A stretch of DNA of 59,606 nucleotides from Bacilli bacterium (lineage in GTDB: Bacteria > Bacillota_I > Bacilli_A > RFN20 > CAG-826), in the NCBI GenBank assembly GCA_024680795.1, contig JAILBR010000063.1, forward strand, positions 1 to 59,606. The letters are read 5' to 3'. The notes below the pieces were generated by a model. It ran no database searches and was not told the DNA's origin. It saw only the letters and a program-made list of their open reading frames with translations. Below are positions 30,096-40,118 of this stretch, piece after piece. Every line of letters begins with the position of its first letter. The stretch's first letter is position 1. The translations under genes were made by a program, and so were the position numbers.

Positions 30096-32780
30096 TTATC
30101 CTATTAGCTCATCACTAGTAACTATATAATCGCTTCCATCATCTCCGTCACCATGAACAAGAACTTTGCAACCTTTGGTTGCACCATCTTGTATGGTTGA
30201 GACAATGCCTTCTTTTTGGAGTCTGGAAAAGAATTTTCCCGCTCTATTAAATCCAACCGCGCATTCTCTTTGGATTTTACTCATTGAAACAAATTGTTGA
30301 GTCATAACCCACGCTTTAATGGATTGATATTTTTCTTCTTCAGCAGCGTCTTTTTCTTTTTCAACTTCGCCACTGGTTACCATTTGAGTGCCTACCTCCT
30401 TCGAATGGTCAACTAAATCTAAATAATTTTCATCATAAACAGTTTCGTAATGTTCTTTTAAATAACCGACGATACGGCTAATTTCACGATTTTGGATATA
30501 ACACCCTTGTAAACGTGTTAAACCAACACGGCTCACCAAAGGTGATTGAACAAGCATATCGCCTTTACCTAAAAGTTTTTCTGCTCCACCTTCACCTAAA
30601 ATAGTCATGGAATCAGTATAGCTAGAAGTCATTAAAGCAACGTGAGTTGGTAAGTTACCTTTAATAACGCCAGTAATAACGTTTGTGGAAGGACGTTGAG
30701 TAGATATTAACATATGGATACCAGCCGCTCTGGCTTTTTGAGCGATAGAAACAACTGGTTGAGAAATCTCTTTACAAGTATCGACTAAATCAGCGTATTC
30801 ATCTAAAACAGCGATGATATATGGCATAGTTTCTTCGTTATGCTCTCTAGCCCATTCATTATATTGTTTGATATTTGAACAGCTATCAGCGATAGCAAAT
30901 TTCTCATATCTATCATTCATTTCATCAGCGAGTTTTGACATCATCACTTTCGCTTTAGCAGCTTCGGTGATAATTGGACATAGTAAGTGTGGCATATCAC
31001 GATACTTCGTCATTTCCACTTTCTTAGGATCCACTAAAACGATCTTTAAATCATCAGGAGAAACTCTCATGATTAAAGTGGCGATAATTGAGTGAATATA
31101 GATGGATTTACCACTTCCAGTGGTACCAGCCACAAGTAAGTGTGGGAATTCATCAAAATCAGCTGCGACAACATTACCAGAAATATTTTTACCAAATCCC
31201 ACAGAAAGCATGTGCTTATTGACATCTGGCAAAGCTTCAAATACTTCTTTAAAGCCGACAGTGGTTATTGTGACATTAGGAATTTCTAATCCAGAGAATG
31301 TTTCACCTTGAACAATTGCTGTAAATCTAGCGTTAACACCGCCGAGACGTAATGAGATGTCATCGACTAATTTTTCAACTTTAGAAACAGACACGTTAGC
31401 GTCATATTCGATATTAAATCTAGTTACACTAGATCCGATTGTGTAGCTCGTACATCTAGCGCCAACACCGAAATCATTTAAGACTTGGTTAATAGCCACC
31501 ATTCTTTCTTCGGCAGCGCGTGCATTTTTTTCAGTAGCTTCACTAGTTTCATATGTATCTAAAAGACTTGGACTTGGTGGAATCCAAACCACTCTTTCTT
31601 TCTTTTTCTTCACTTCAGGAACTGGTTGAGGTTGAACTGGTTGTCTAACTACAGGTTCTTCAAAAACTGGCTGTTGTCTAATAAGTTCTTCATCTAATTG
31701 AGGTTTAGAGACTTCTTGTGGCTTATTATAGTTAACTTCTTCCACTTCAAGTTCTTCACCAGTTTGAATAGGTCCATTCGAATAAAAGTCATCTAAAGAT
31801 GTTACTTCTTCTTCCACTGGTTGCTCTTGAACTTCTTCTTTAACAGGTTCTTCAACTTGTTGATATGTATTATTGACTTGTTGTCTTTCAAATTCGCTTG
31901 GCATCACTTTGGTTTCAGCAGGCATGTCGGTCTTACCAAAAACTAGAGGAGTAAACTCACTATTTTCAACAGGTAAAACTTGTTTTACATAAGCTTCATC
32001 AAGAGATAATGTGGCGTCTTGATTATAATCGCCATCATGTTCACTAAAGGTTGGATCTTCTGGCTCAAAACCATATTGGACACGGAAATTGTCATTAGTG
32101 ATTTCATCTGGTTCATTTTCTAAAGGAACAATTTCCACTTCTTCCTCTTTCTCTTCTTCCTTTTCCGCTTCTTGGATACGTTTTACACGACGTTTGGCTA
32201 GGCTTACTTCATTACCACTTCTAATTGCTCTTACTAAATGGATGATTGGCCTAATTAATAATAAGCCTACGCCTAATAAAACTAAGATGATTGCTAAGGC
32301 AAAAACGGCGGCTTCGTTAGCGATTAAACCCGCTAATAATATATAAATAAGTCCTCCACCCCAATAATTTCCGGTGGTGAAAGTATTAATGATTGTATCT
32401 TGATAATATGTCGCAAGTTGACCATTATAATTAGCCACCATATCCGCTAAAGGAGTATTAAAAGGAATATTATTAACTTTCATCATGATGCCACCCATCA
32501 AGAAGACGAGGCCAATAAAAGTAACAGCGATTCCTAATCTAGGAATAATGGTGTGAAATTTAAGCTTTTGACCAGCGACAATTCGATAAACGCCTTTAAT
32601 CACAAGTAATAAACATAAGAAATAATAACTAGCGCCAAATAAATATAAAGGAACAAAGGCTAATGTTCTTGCTACTTTACCGACATTAAGCGCTAAGACA
32701 ATCGCGAAAAGAACGTAGAAGGTTCCTTTTACGATGTTTTCAAGTCTAGGTGATATTTTATTTTTCTTAATCTCGCTCAT
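30096..32780 (-). CDS. ftsK: DNA translocase FtsK/SpoIIIE
   Basis: N-terminal TMs, acidic linker, PHLLVAGTTGSGKS, DPKKVE, AEKLLGKGDML, gamma domain SKIQRE..GFNRA. Confidence 0.96.
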   Translation of the reverse strand: MSEIKKNKISPRLENIVKGTFYVLFAIVLALNVGKVARTLAFVPLYLFGASYYFLCLLLVIKGVYRIVAGQKLKFHTIIPRLGIAVTFIGLVFLMGGIMMKVNNIPFNTPLADMVANYNGQLATYYQDTIINTFTTGNYWGGGLIYILLAGLIANEAAVFALAIILVLLGVGLLLIRPIIHLVRAIRSGNEVSLAKRRVKRIQEAEKEEEKEEEVEIVPLENEPDEITNDNFRVQYGFEPEDPTFSEHDGDYNQDATLSLDEAYVKQVLPVENSEFTPLVFGKTDMPAETKVMPSEFERQQVNNTYQQVEEPVKEEVQEQPVEEEVTSLDDFYSNGPIQTGEELEVEEVNYNKPQEVSKPQLDEELIRQQPVFEEPVVRQPVQPQPVPEVKKKKERVVWIPPSPSLLDTYETSEATEKNARAAEERMVAINQVLNDFGVGARCTSYTIGSSVTRFNIEYDANVSVSKVEKLVDDISLRLGGVNARFTAIVQGETFSGLEIPNVTITTVGFKEVFEALPDVNKHMLSVGFGKNISGNVVAADFDEFPHLLVAGTTGSGKSIYIHSIIATLIMRVSPDDLKIVLVDPKKVEMTKYRDMPHLLCPIITEAAKAKVMMSKLADEMNDRYEKFAIADSCSNIKQYNEWAREHNEETMPYIIAVLDEYADLVDTCKEISQPVVSIAQKARAAGIHMLISTQRPSTNVITGVIKGNLPTHVALMTSSYTDSMTILGEGGAEKLLGKGDMLVQSPLVSRVGLTRLQGCYIQNREISRIVGYLKEHYETVYDENYLDLVDHSKEVGTQMVTSGEVEKEKDAAEEEKYQSIKAWVMTQQFVSMSKIQRECAVGFNRAGKFFSRLQKEGIVSTIQDGATKGCKVLVHGDGDDGSDYIVTSDELIG

Positions 32781-32830
32781 GCTTTTTTATTATACGCGTA
32801 AGCGCATAAGTCGTTCAATAAAAAGAAAGA

Positions 32831-32853
32831 AAAAAAGCACAAAAATTGTGCTT
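32831..32853 (-). terminator. Terminator after RNase J gene
   Basis: AGCACAA/TTGTGCT stem followed by a T run on the minus strand. Confidence 0.6.
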
Positions 32854-32873
32854 CTCTTATTTCTATATTTTTT

Positions 32874-34568
32874 TTATTCTTCGGAGATGATAATTATCGG
32901 ATCAACGAATGGTTCACGACCATTTTCTCTTCTGATAAATTTTCTTACTCTTTCTTTAATAAGCATTTTGGTATCTTCGAAATCAGAGTTACCATTTCTT
33001 AACGCTGCTGTCACTTCTTCCACATAGATTTGCGAGACAGATTTTAATAATGGTTCAGCTTCTCTAGAGAAAACAAATCCTCTCATTTGGCAGTCCGGTC
33101 CCGCCACAATTTTATTTTCTTTTAAAGAAACTGTGGAAGCAATAATGACCGCTCCATCAACTGCTAATTTATTTCTAATTTCTACGGCTTCATCGGATTT
33201 TTTAGCGACACCTTTACCATCAACAAGCATTGGAGTGATGTCAACACCTGTCACTTCATTTGGTAAAATAACTGGCCTTTTATCTTTTTCAAAGATAAGT
33301 TGCATGCCATTATCAAGGACAAAGACATTCATATGGTTGAGGCCAATACCTAAAGCAAGAGATAGCTTAGCGTTTTCCATAATGTTAGTGTAGTTACCTC
33401 TGACTGGCCAATAATATTTAGGTCTAAACATATTAAGCATGAATCTTAAGTCATCTTCGCAAGCGTGCATCGCTGAGACATCTTTGCCTTTAAGCCACAC
33501 AACTTCGCAACCCGTACGATAGACATTATCCATGCTTCTTGTCGCTGCGGTTTCATAACTTGGACGAGGAACAGCAACATTAATAAAGACATCAGTTGGC
33601 TCGACCACTAATCTTGAATCAGCGTTTCTGCCCATACTTAAGGAAGAGATTTCATCAAAAATATCATCAGAATGACCAACCATCAAAATAACGAGATCAC
33701 TCTTTCTCACTCTTAATAAATCTTCTCTTTTTAAGATGTCATCATTAGTTAATTGCACGCCATTACCTTCCATTACTATGGAACGAAGTACTTCTTCAGT
33801 ATATTTGTCATAGCAGAATAACTTCTTATTATATTTACGAATTAGTCTAGCAATTTCTCTTAATCTATACATATTTTGCCAATAGCAAACAATGTATATT
33901 CTTTTTCCGGATTTGAAATATTTTTCGATTCTATCACTAATACGATGTTTTGGTGAACAATATCCGGTAATACCAGCTGATTTAGATTCCGCCATTAAAA
34001 GGAAAGTTTGCTCTTTAGCAAGTTCACTTGCCGCTGCTAAATCAAAACGGTAATTTAGTTCATCAGTAGCAAAATTAATAATGTAGTCACTAGTAAAGAC
34101 AATATTTCCTTGATCGGTAGAAATTGCAACGCCAAAAGAGTTAGCGGCGTTATGACATGTCTGGAAAAAAGTCACATTACGTCCAGCGATTACACGTTTA
34201 TCACTTGGATTGACCACTTCAAAGTCAAACGGGACATTCTCATAGTGATGAATGAATAATTGTCCTAGCATAACTGCTCTAGTAGAAGCGGTACAATAAA
34301 TCTTTGCTGGTGCTTTCCTATAGACGAATTTAAGAGCGCCAACACTTTCATCATGACCATGAGTCATGATATAGGCTCTAATTCTATTTTTATTCTTAAT
34401 GAGATAGTCAAAGTTAGGGATAATGCAGTCGACACCAAGAAAAGTTTTATCAGGTAAAGAAATACCTGCATCTAATACGAAAATATCCTCGTTTATTTCA
34501 ACGATATAACAATCTCTTCCGCTCTCGTCTAAACCACCAAGAGCAAAAACCTTAATCTTGTCTGACAT
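32874..34568 (-). CDS. rnj: Ribonuclease J (J2-like, degenerate metal motif)
   Basis: ALGGLDE, THGHDESVG, C-terminal DGAVI...GPD...RGFVF. Confidence 0.88.
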   Translation of the reverse strand: MSDKIKVFALGGLDESGRDCYIVEINEDIFVLDAGISLPDKTFLGVDCIIPNFDYLIKNKNRIRAYIMTHGHDESVGALKFVYRKAPAKIYCTASTRAVMLGQLFIHHYENVPFDFEVVNPSDKRVIAGRNVTFFQTCHNAANSFGVAISTDQGNIVFTSDYIINFATDELNYRFDLAAASELAKEQTFLLMAESKSAGITGYCSPKHRISDRIEKYFKSGKRIYIVCYWQNMYRLREIARLIRKYNKKLFCYDKYTEEVLRSIVMEGNGVQLTNDDILKREDLLRVRKSDLVILMVGHSDDIFDEISSLSMGRNADSRLVVEPTDVFINVAVPRPSYETAATRSMDNVYRTGCEVVWLKGKDVSAMHACEDDLRFMLNMFRPKYYWPVRGNYTNIMENAKLSLALGIGLNHMNVFVLDNGMQLIFEKDKRPVILPNEVTGVDITPMLVDGKGVAKKSDEAVEIRNKLAVDGAVIIASTVSLKENKIVAGPDCQMRGFVFSREAEPLLKSVSQIYVEEVTAALRNGNSDFEDTKMLIKERVRKFIRRENGREPFVDPIIIISEE

Positions 34569-34653
34569 ATGCTCTCCCCTATTGTCTATCAAATAAAAAT
34601 AGCACTATTATTGTAGCACTATTTTCATATATTGATGAATATTTTTATAAAAA

Positions 34654-34995
34654 TTATTCAATTTCTTTGGTGATAACGATATCGCTACCAGTTCCAAGGA
34701 CATCTTTAATGACGACATCACCGATATGAGTTGGAGCGTTAACGCTAACCTTCTCTATCTCTTCCATGACCTTGAAAATTAAGCCTTTTGGAACACTGAC
34801 GGAAGTCTTAACCGAAACGACGCAATTCTCTCTATTTTTGACTCTCACAATTGAGGTAATCATTCTTTTTGGATTGGTCATTTCATCGACTGCGTATTTA
34901 GCGCCTCTTGGGCAGCTATTTCCAGTGACATTAAGATCATCATCAATCGTTAAACGACAGCCTCTAGGACAGACAATACATGTTAATTCTTTCAT
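34654..34995 (-). CDS. DUF1667 family CxxC protein
   Basis: TCIVCPRGC...GNSCPRG...NPKR, VSVKT. Confidence 0.85.
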   Translation of the reverse strand: MKELTCIVCPRGCRLTIDDDLNVTGNSCPRGAKYAVDEMTNPKRMITSIVRVKNRENCVVSVKTSVSVPKGLIFKVMEEIEKVSVNAPTHIGDVVIKDVLGTGSDIVITKEIE

Positions 34996-34996
34996 T

Positions 34997-36253
34997 TTAT
35001 TTTCTCTCCTCCAAACCGACAACGATTTCATTTCCGTTTATTTTATCGAGTTGTTCTTTCTTGAGTTTGATCATTACCATTTCGCTTGGAATAAGGACTG
35101 GTTTCATCACTTTACTAACCACTTCTTCGCCATCTTTGATGGAGACAAAAACATTTTGAATTGGTCTTCTCACTCTAAATTTTAATGTGACTGATTCAGC
35201 ATTTTTGTCTGTAATAGTCTGAGGAATGACATATCCAATGCCATCTCCAGGTTTAACAGCGACCATCGCATTTTTATTTAGTTCACCTTTGATATATTTT
35301 GCGGCACCGCGACCTGCATCTCTGCCTTCATCAGTGACAAAGTCGACAACGTCATGAACATGTAAACAGTTACCACAAGCAAAGACACCAGCTAAAGATG
35401 TTTCAAAGGCATCATTAACTTTCGCACCTCTAGTAGAACCTAACTCAACTTTGAGTTTTTCTAATAAAGAAACATAAGGGACTAAACCGATGGAAAGCAA
35501 GAGAGTATCACACTCAAATTCCATCTCGGTTCCAGGGATGAATTTCATCTTATCATCAACCGCGCTTAAGATGACTTTTTCTACTCTACCATTTTTACCT
35601 ACAACTTTACTAACGCTTCTAGATAAATATAGAGGAATGTCATAGTCAGTCAAACATTGAGCAATATTACGGTTTAAACCATTGGAATATGGCATAAGTT
35701 CGCTAACACAGAGGACTTTTGCACCTTCTAAGGTCATACGACGAGCCATAATAAGTCCAATATCACCACTTCCTAAGATGACTACTCTCTTACCAGCGAG
35801 TAGGCCATGAATATTTAAATATTTTTGAGCAGCACCAGCGGTAATAATACCAGCGCATCTATCGCCTGGAAGTTGGATATGACCAGCATTTCTTTCATAA
35901 CATCCAGTAGCAAAGACGATTGCTTTAGCTTGGACTTCAACAACACCATCTTCTTCGTTTGAATAAGTGATGACTTTGTCTTTTGTAATATCGAGAACTA
36001 AAGCGTTCAAACGATATTCAATACCTAATTCTAAGACTTGGTCGACGAATCTTTGTAAATATTCAGGACCTGTCAATTCTTCTTTAAATTCGGTTAAACC
36101 GAATCCGTTATGAATACATTGATTTAAAATACCACCGAGGCGGTCATCTTTTTCTAAGATTAAAATGTCATCGACACCATTTTTCTTGGCTTCGATAGCC
36201 GCTGCCATACCAGCAGAGCCACCACCGATAACTACAAGGTCTCTTTTAACCAT
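34997..36253 (-). CDS. FAD/NAD(P)-dependent pyridine nucleotide-disulfide oxidoreductase
   Basis: GGGSAG, GGILNQCIHNGFG, GSGDIGLIMARR, CGNCLHVHD; start MVKRD. Confidence 0.88.
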   Translation of the reverse strand: MVKRDLVVIGGGSAGMAAAIEAKKNGVDDILILEKDDRLGGILNQCIHNGFGLTEFKEELTGPEYLQRFVDQVLELGIEYRLNALVLDITKDKVITYSNEEDGVVEVQAKAIVFATGCYERNAGHIQLPGDRCAGIITAGAAQKYLNIHGLLAGKRVVILGSGDIGLIMARRMTLEGAKVLCVSELMPYSNGLNRNIAQCLTDYDIPLYLSRSVSKVVGKNGRVEKVILSAVDDKMKFIPGTEMEFECDTLLLSIGLVPYVSLLEKLKVELGSTRGAKVNDAFETSLAGVFACGNCLHVHDVVDFVTDEGRDAGRGAAKYIKGELNKNAMVAVKPGDGIGYVIPQTITDKNAESVTLKFRVRRPIQNVFVSIKDGEEVVSKVMKPVLIPSEMVMIKLKKEQLDKINGNEIVVGLEERK

Positions 36254-37679
36254 TTTTGACCTCCTCGAGAATGATTTCGCTACCATCTCTATCCCATTTG
36301 ATTTCTGTTGGGGATACGCCATAATGTTTAGCTAATAATAAAGTGACAACTGGTGAACAGAATCCACCTTGGCACTTACCAAATCCCGCTCTCACTCTCT
36401 TTTTTACTGCTTTAACAGTATAAGGAGGGACAGAACGATCAAACAAATCTTCGATTTCACCTAAAGAAACTTTTTCGCAGCTACAAACCACTTTGCCATA
36501 ATTTGGATTTTTATTAATTAAAGCATTTCTTTCTTCGTGACTGAGTTCGTTAAGTCTAACATATCTTCTGACTTGTTTCTTATAGTCTTTTTTCTCTTCT
36601 AAAATTAATAATTTTGATAAATAATTATCAAATACGTATTCGGCAATCGCTGGAGCGCTGACTAAGCCAGGAGATTCGATACCAGCGACATTGATGAAAT
36701 ATTTATTGGTTTTCGCAGGTTCCAAAATAAAGTCATGTCTTGTTGAAGTTGGTCTAATACCAGAGAAGACACGAATCACTTGGTTAAATGGAATAGAAGG
36801 GATTAAATCAACTGCTTGACTTCTAACATTAGCTAAAGTCATGGAGTCAGTTGAGAAATCATCTTCATCTTCGACTAGTTCGCTACTTGGGCCAACAATA
36901 TAGTTATTACTACTTGTTAAACTAACAAGTACACCTTTGCCTTTTTCACTTGGCAAAGGGAAAATAACGTGGTTAACAAGTCCTAAATCATAGTGATCTA
37001 AAACAAAATATTCACCTTTTCTTGGAGTGAGATGCCAATCGACATCTTCCACCATACGAGCAATCTTTTCACTACCTAAACCAGCAGCGTTCACCACTAA
37101 TTTAGATTGATAATTGCCTTTAGTTGTTTTGACTATAAAGCGGTCATCGACATAGTCGATAGCTTGCACTTCTTCATCTAATCTGAGTTCGACCCCATTA
37201 TCCACCGCATTTTCTACGCAGTGTATAACTAAGTTAAATGGATCGATAATTCCAGCGGTTGGAGCGAGTAATCCACCCAAAGCAGCGCTTGATACATTTG
37301 GTTCTAACTCCTTAAGCTCTTCTTTGGATAAAATTCTTGCTTCCACACCATTCTCTTCACTTCTTTTTAGTAAGTCTTGAAGAGTCGCTAATTGTTTTTC
37401 ATTAGTGGCAACGGTGATTGAACCAATACGATAGAAATGGACATCCAAATCTTCAGCGATTTCATCATACATCGCATTGCCACGAACGTTCAATTTTGCT
37501 TTCAAAGTCCCAGGAACTGGGTCATATCCACTGTGGATAATAGCGCTGTTCGCGTTACTGGTGACATTACCGACATCGTTTTCTCTATCTAGAAGCAATA
37601 CTTTGAGATTGTATCTAGATAATTTACGGGCGATAAAAGCACCTGATACGCCAGCACCAATAATTAAAACGTCATACAT
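36246..37679 (-). CDS. FAD-dependent oxidoreductase (glycerol-3-phosphate dehydrogenase GlpA-like) with C-terminal BFD-like [2Fe-2S] domain
   Basis: GAGVSG, TSNANSAIIHSGYD, GIESPGL, CSCE...RAGFGKCQGGFC. Confidence 0.85.
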   Translation of the reverse strand: MYDVLIIGAGVSGAFIARKLSRYNLKVLLLDRENDVGNVTSNANSAIIHSGYDPVPGTLKAKLNVRGNAMYDEIAEDLDVHFYRIGSITVATNEKQLATLQDLLKRSEENGVEARILSKEELKELEPNVSSAALGGLLAPTAGIIDPFNLVIHCVENAVDNGVELRLDEEVQAIDYVDDRFIVKTTKGNYQSKLVVNAAGLGSEKIARMVEDVDWHLTPRKGEYFVLDHYDLGLVNHVIFPLPSEKGKGVLVSLTSSNNYIVGPSSELVEDEDDFSTDSMTLANVRSQAVDLIPSIPFNQVIRVFSGIRPTSTRHDFILEPAKTNKYFINVAGIESPGLVSAPAIAEYVFDNYLSKLLILEEKKDYKKQVRRYVRLNELSHEERNALINKNPNYGKVVCSCEKVSLGEIEDLFDRSVPPYTVKAVKKRVRAGFGKCQGGFCSPVVTLLLAKHYGVSPTEIKWDRDGSEIILEEVKNG

Positions 37680-37738
37680 ACGGAATTATTATACATTTCT
37701 ACTTATTCTAAAATCTAGGATTTTAATATTAAAGGCGT

Positions 37739-37768
37739 AAAAAAAGAAGCTATCAATCGATAACTTCT
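37739..37768 (-). terminator. Terminator after pnp
   Basis: Minus strand AGAAGTTATC-GATT-GATAGCTTCT followed by a T run. Confidence 0.75.
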
Positions 37769-37778
37769 TAATTATTTT

Positions 37779-40001
37779 TTACTTTTTGAACTTTCTTGGG
37801 CCCTTGATGGATTTATCTGGGCGTTGGTTATGTTCAATTCTTCTACCTTCTTTAAGTGGACGATGATTTTCTTCTCCACCATCAGCAGGTTTTTCCATGA
37901 ATTCTTTCGCGGAAACTTTGACTTTACCCTTTTCATCGATTTCGATGACTCTCACTTTGAGTTTGTCACCGACTTTGACGACGTCACTAGCCTTATTGAT
38001 ATATCCCCAACCTAAGCGAGAGACATGGCATAAGCCTTCAACGTTACCGAAGAGGTGAACGAATGCCCCATAATCTTCAACACGGGTAACTTCGCCTTCG
38101 TAGTCTTCACCAACTTTAGCTTCTCTAACGATATCAAGGATGATTTGTTTTGCCTTGTTGATGACTTCTCTATCCATATGGTATAAGGTGACTTGTCCGC
38201 TATCTTCGATATCAATTTTGATATTGTCACATTGAGCGATGATTTCGTTAATAACTTTACCACCAGTACCGATGACTTCTCTAATCTTGTCTTCATCAAT
38301 GAAGAATGTATCCATCTTAGGAGCGTATTTGCCGACATCTGGTCTTGGTTCCGCAATTGCTTGCTTCATCACTTCTCTAATCTTAGCACGTGCGACATTA
38401 GCTTGCGCTAAAGCTTCACGTAAGACTTCTTTTGTGACACCTTTGATTTTGATATCCATTTGTAAAGCGGTAATACCTTTTTCTGTACCTGCAACTTTGA
38501 AGTCCATATCACCAAAGTGATCTTCTAAGCCTTGGATATCAGTTAAGATTGTGTATGGATGTTTGCCATCTAATGGTCCGCTAGAGATTAAGCCCATAGC
38601 GATACCACTGACTATACCTTTAATAGGTACACCAGCTGCCATTAAGGACATACAGCTTGCACAGATAGAAGCTTGAGAAGATGAACCGTTAGATTCAACA
38701 ACTTCTGCCACAGTTCTAATTGTGTATGGGAATTCTTCTGCGCTTGGGATAACGTATGATAACGCTCTTTCGCCTAAAGCACCATGTCCGATTTCTCTTC
38801 TACCAGGAGCGCCCATTCTACCAACTTCACCAACAGAGTATGGTGGGAAGTTATAATGATGCATCCAGTGTCTAGTTTCTTCATCGGTTAAGTTATCGAT
38901 GATTTGTTCATCACTCTTTGCCCCTAATGTAGTGACAGAGATGACTTGAGTTTGACCACGGGTGAACATCGCAGAACCATGAGTTCTTGGCAATAAATCG
39001 ACTTGAGCGTCCAAAGGACGAATTTCATCAACTTTACGTCCATCTGGTCTAATCTTTTCATCAGTGATAAGTCTTCTGACTTCTTTAGCCACTAATTTTT
39101 CAAGGGTTTCATTAACCATGTGCATGGTCTTTTGATGAGTCTTTTCATCTGGATAGCTTCTTGTATCGTAATCGTCGATGATTTCATTTTTAATCGCATC
39201 GATTGCGTCTTGTCTTTCTAATTTATCAAAGATAGAAATAGCTTTAACTAATCTAGCTTCACTTCTTTCAGTGACATCTTTTTCGATGACTGGATCACAG
39301 ACATATAAATCGATGTGACGTTTTTCTTTACCGATTTCTTTGATGATGGATTCTTGCCATTTACATAACTTTTTGATGGCTTCGTGACCAAACATTAAGG
39401 CTTCGAGCATATCTTCTTCGCTGACTTGATCGGCACCTGCTTCAACCATGTTGATCGCTTCTTTGGTACCAGCAACAGCGAGATTGATGTCTGATTTTGC
39501 TTTTTCGTCTACTGTTGGGTTGATGATTAATTTGCCATCAACTCTACCGACATAAACACCAGCGATAGGACCATCAAATGGAATATCAGAGATTCCTAAT
39601 GCTAAGGATGAACCTAACATAGCGGTCATTTCTGGGGTGCAGTCTAAGTCAACTGACATAACAGTGTTGACGATTTGAACTTCATTTCTGAAGCCCTCTG
39701 AGAACATAGGTCTAATTGGTCTATCAATTAGTCTGGCTGTTAAGGTAGCATGTTCTCCTGCTTTACCTTCTCTTCTTAAGAACGAGCCTGGAATCTTGCC
39801 AACTGCGTATTGTTTTTCTTCATAACCAACTGTTAGAGGGAAGAAATCGCCTTCTTTTGGCAAATCGCTCGCACACACTGTGGAAAGAACTACTGTTTCG
39901 TTGAGTCTGACAAGAACAGCGCCGTCAGCTTGTTTAGCAATTTCGCCTGCTTCAACAACGAACTTCTTTCCTTCGAATTCTAATTCGAATACTCTTTTCA
40001 T
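37779..40001 (-). CDS. pnp: Polyribonucleotide nucleotidyltransferase
   Basis: FFPLTV, RLIDRPIRP, RREIGHG, SNGSSS, GDMDFKVAGT, KH and S1 domains. Confidence 0.99.
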   Translation of the reverse strand: MKRVFELEFEGKKFVVEAGEIAKQADGAVLVRLNETVVLSTVCASDLPKEGDFFPLTVGYEEKQYAVGKIPGSFLRREGKAGEHATLTARLIDRPIRPMFSEGFRNEVQIVNTVMSVDLDCTPEMTAMLGSSLALGISDIPFDGPIAGVYVGRVDGKLIINPTVDEKAKSDINLAVAGTKEAINMVEAGADQVSEEDMLEALMFGHEAIKKLCKWQESIIKEIGKEKRHIDLYVCDPVIEKDVTERSEARLVKAISIFDKLERQDAIDAIKNEIIDDYDTRSYPDEKTHQKTMHMVNETLEKLVAKEVRRLITDEKIRPDGRKVDEIRPLDAQVDLLPRTHGSAMFTRGQTQVISVTTLGAKSDEQIIDNLTDEETRHWMHHYNFPPYSVGEVGRMGAPGRREIGHGALGERALSYVIPSAEEFPYTIRTVAEVVESNGSSSQASICASCMSLMAAGVPIKGIVSGIAMGLISSGPLDGKHPYTILTDIQGLEDHFGDMDFKVAGTEKGITALQMDIKIKGVTKEVLREALAQANVARAKIREVMKQAIAEPRPDVGKYAPKMDTFFIDEDKIREVIGTGGKVINEIIAQCDNIKIDIEDSGQVTLYHMDREVINKAKQIILDIVREAKVGEDYEGEVTRVEDYGAFVHLFGNVEGLCHVSRLGWGYINKASDVVKVGDKLKVRVIEIDEKGKVKVSAKEFMEKPADGGEENHRPLKEGRRIEHNQRPDKSIKGPRKFKK

Positions 40002-40118
40002 TTCTTTTTTCTTCTTTCTTCTAAAAAAACACATAACGCAAGTATCTTATCAATAGATAACCTAAAATGAAAGTAAAATATTTATTATTTTTCATGAAAA
40101 ATTATATCTTTATTAAGT

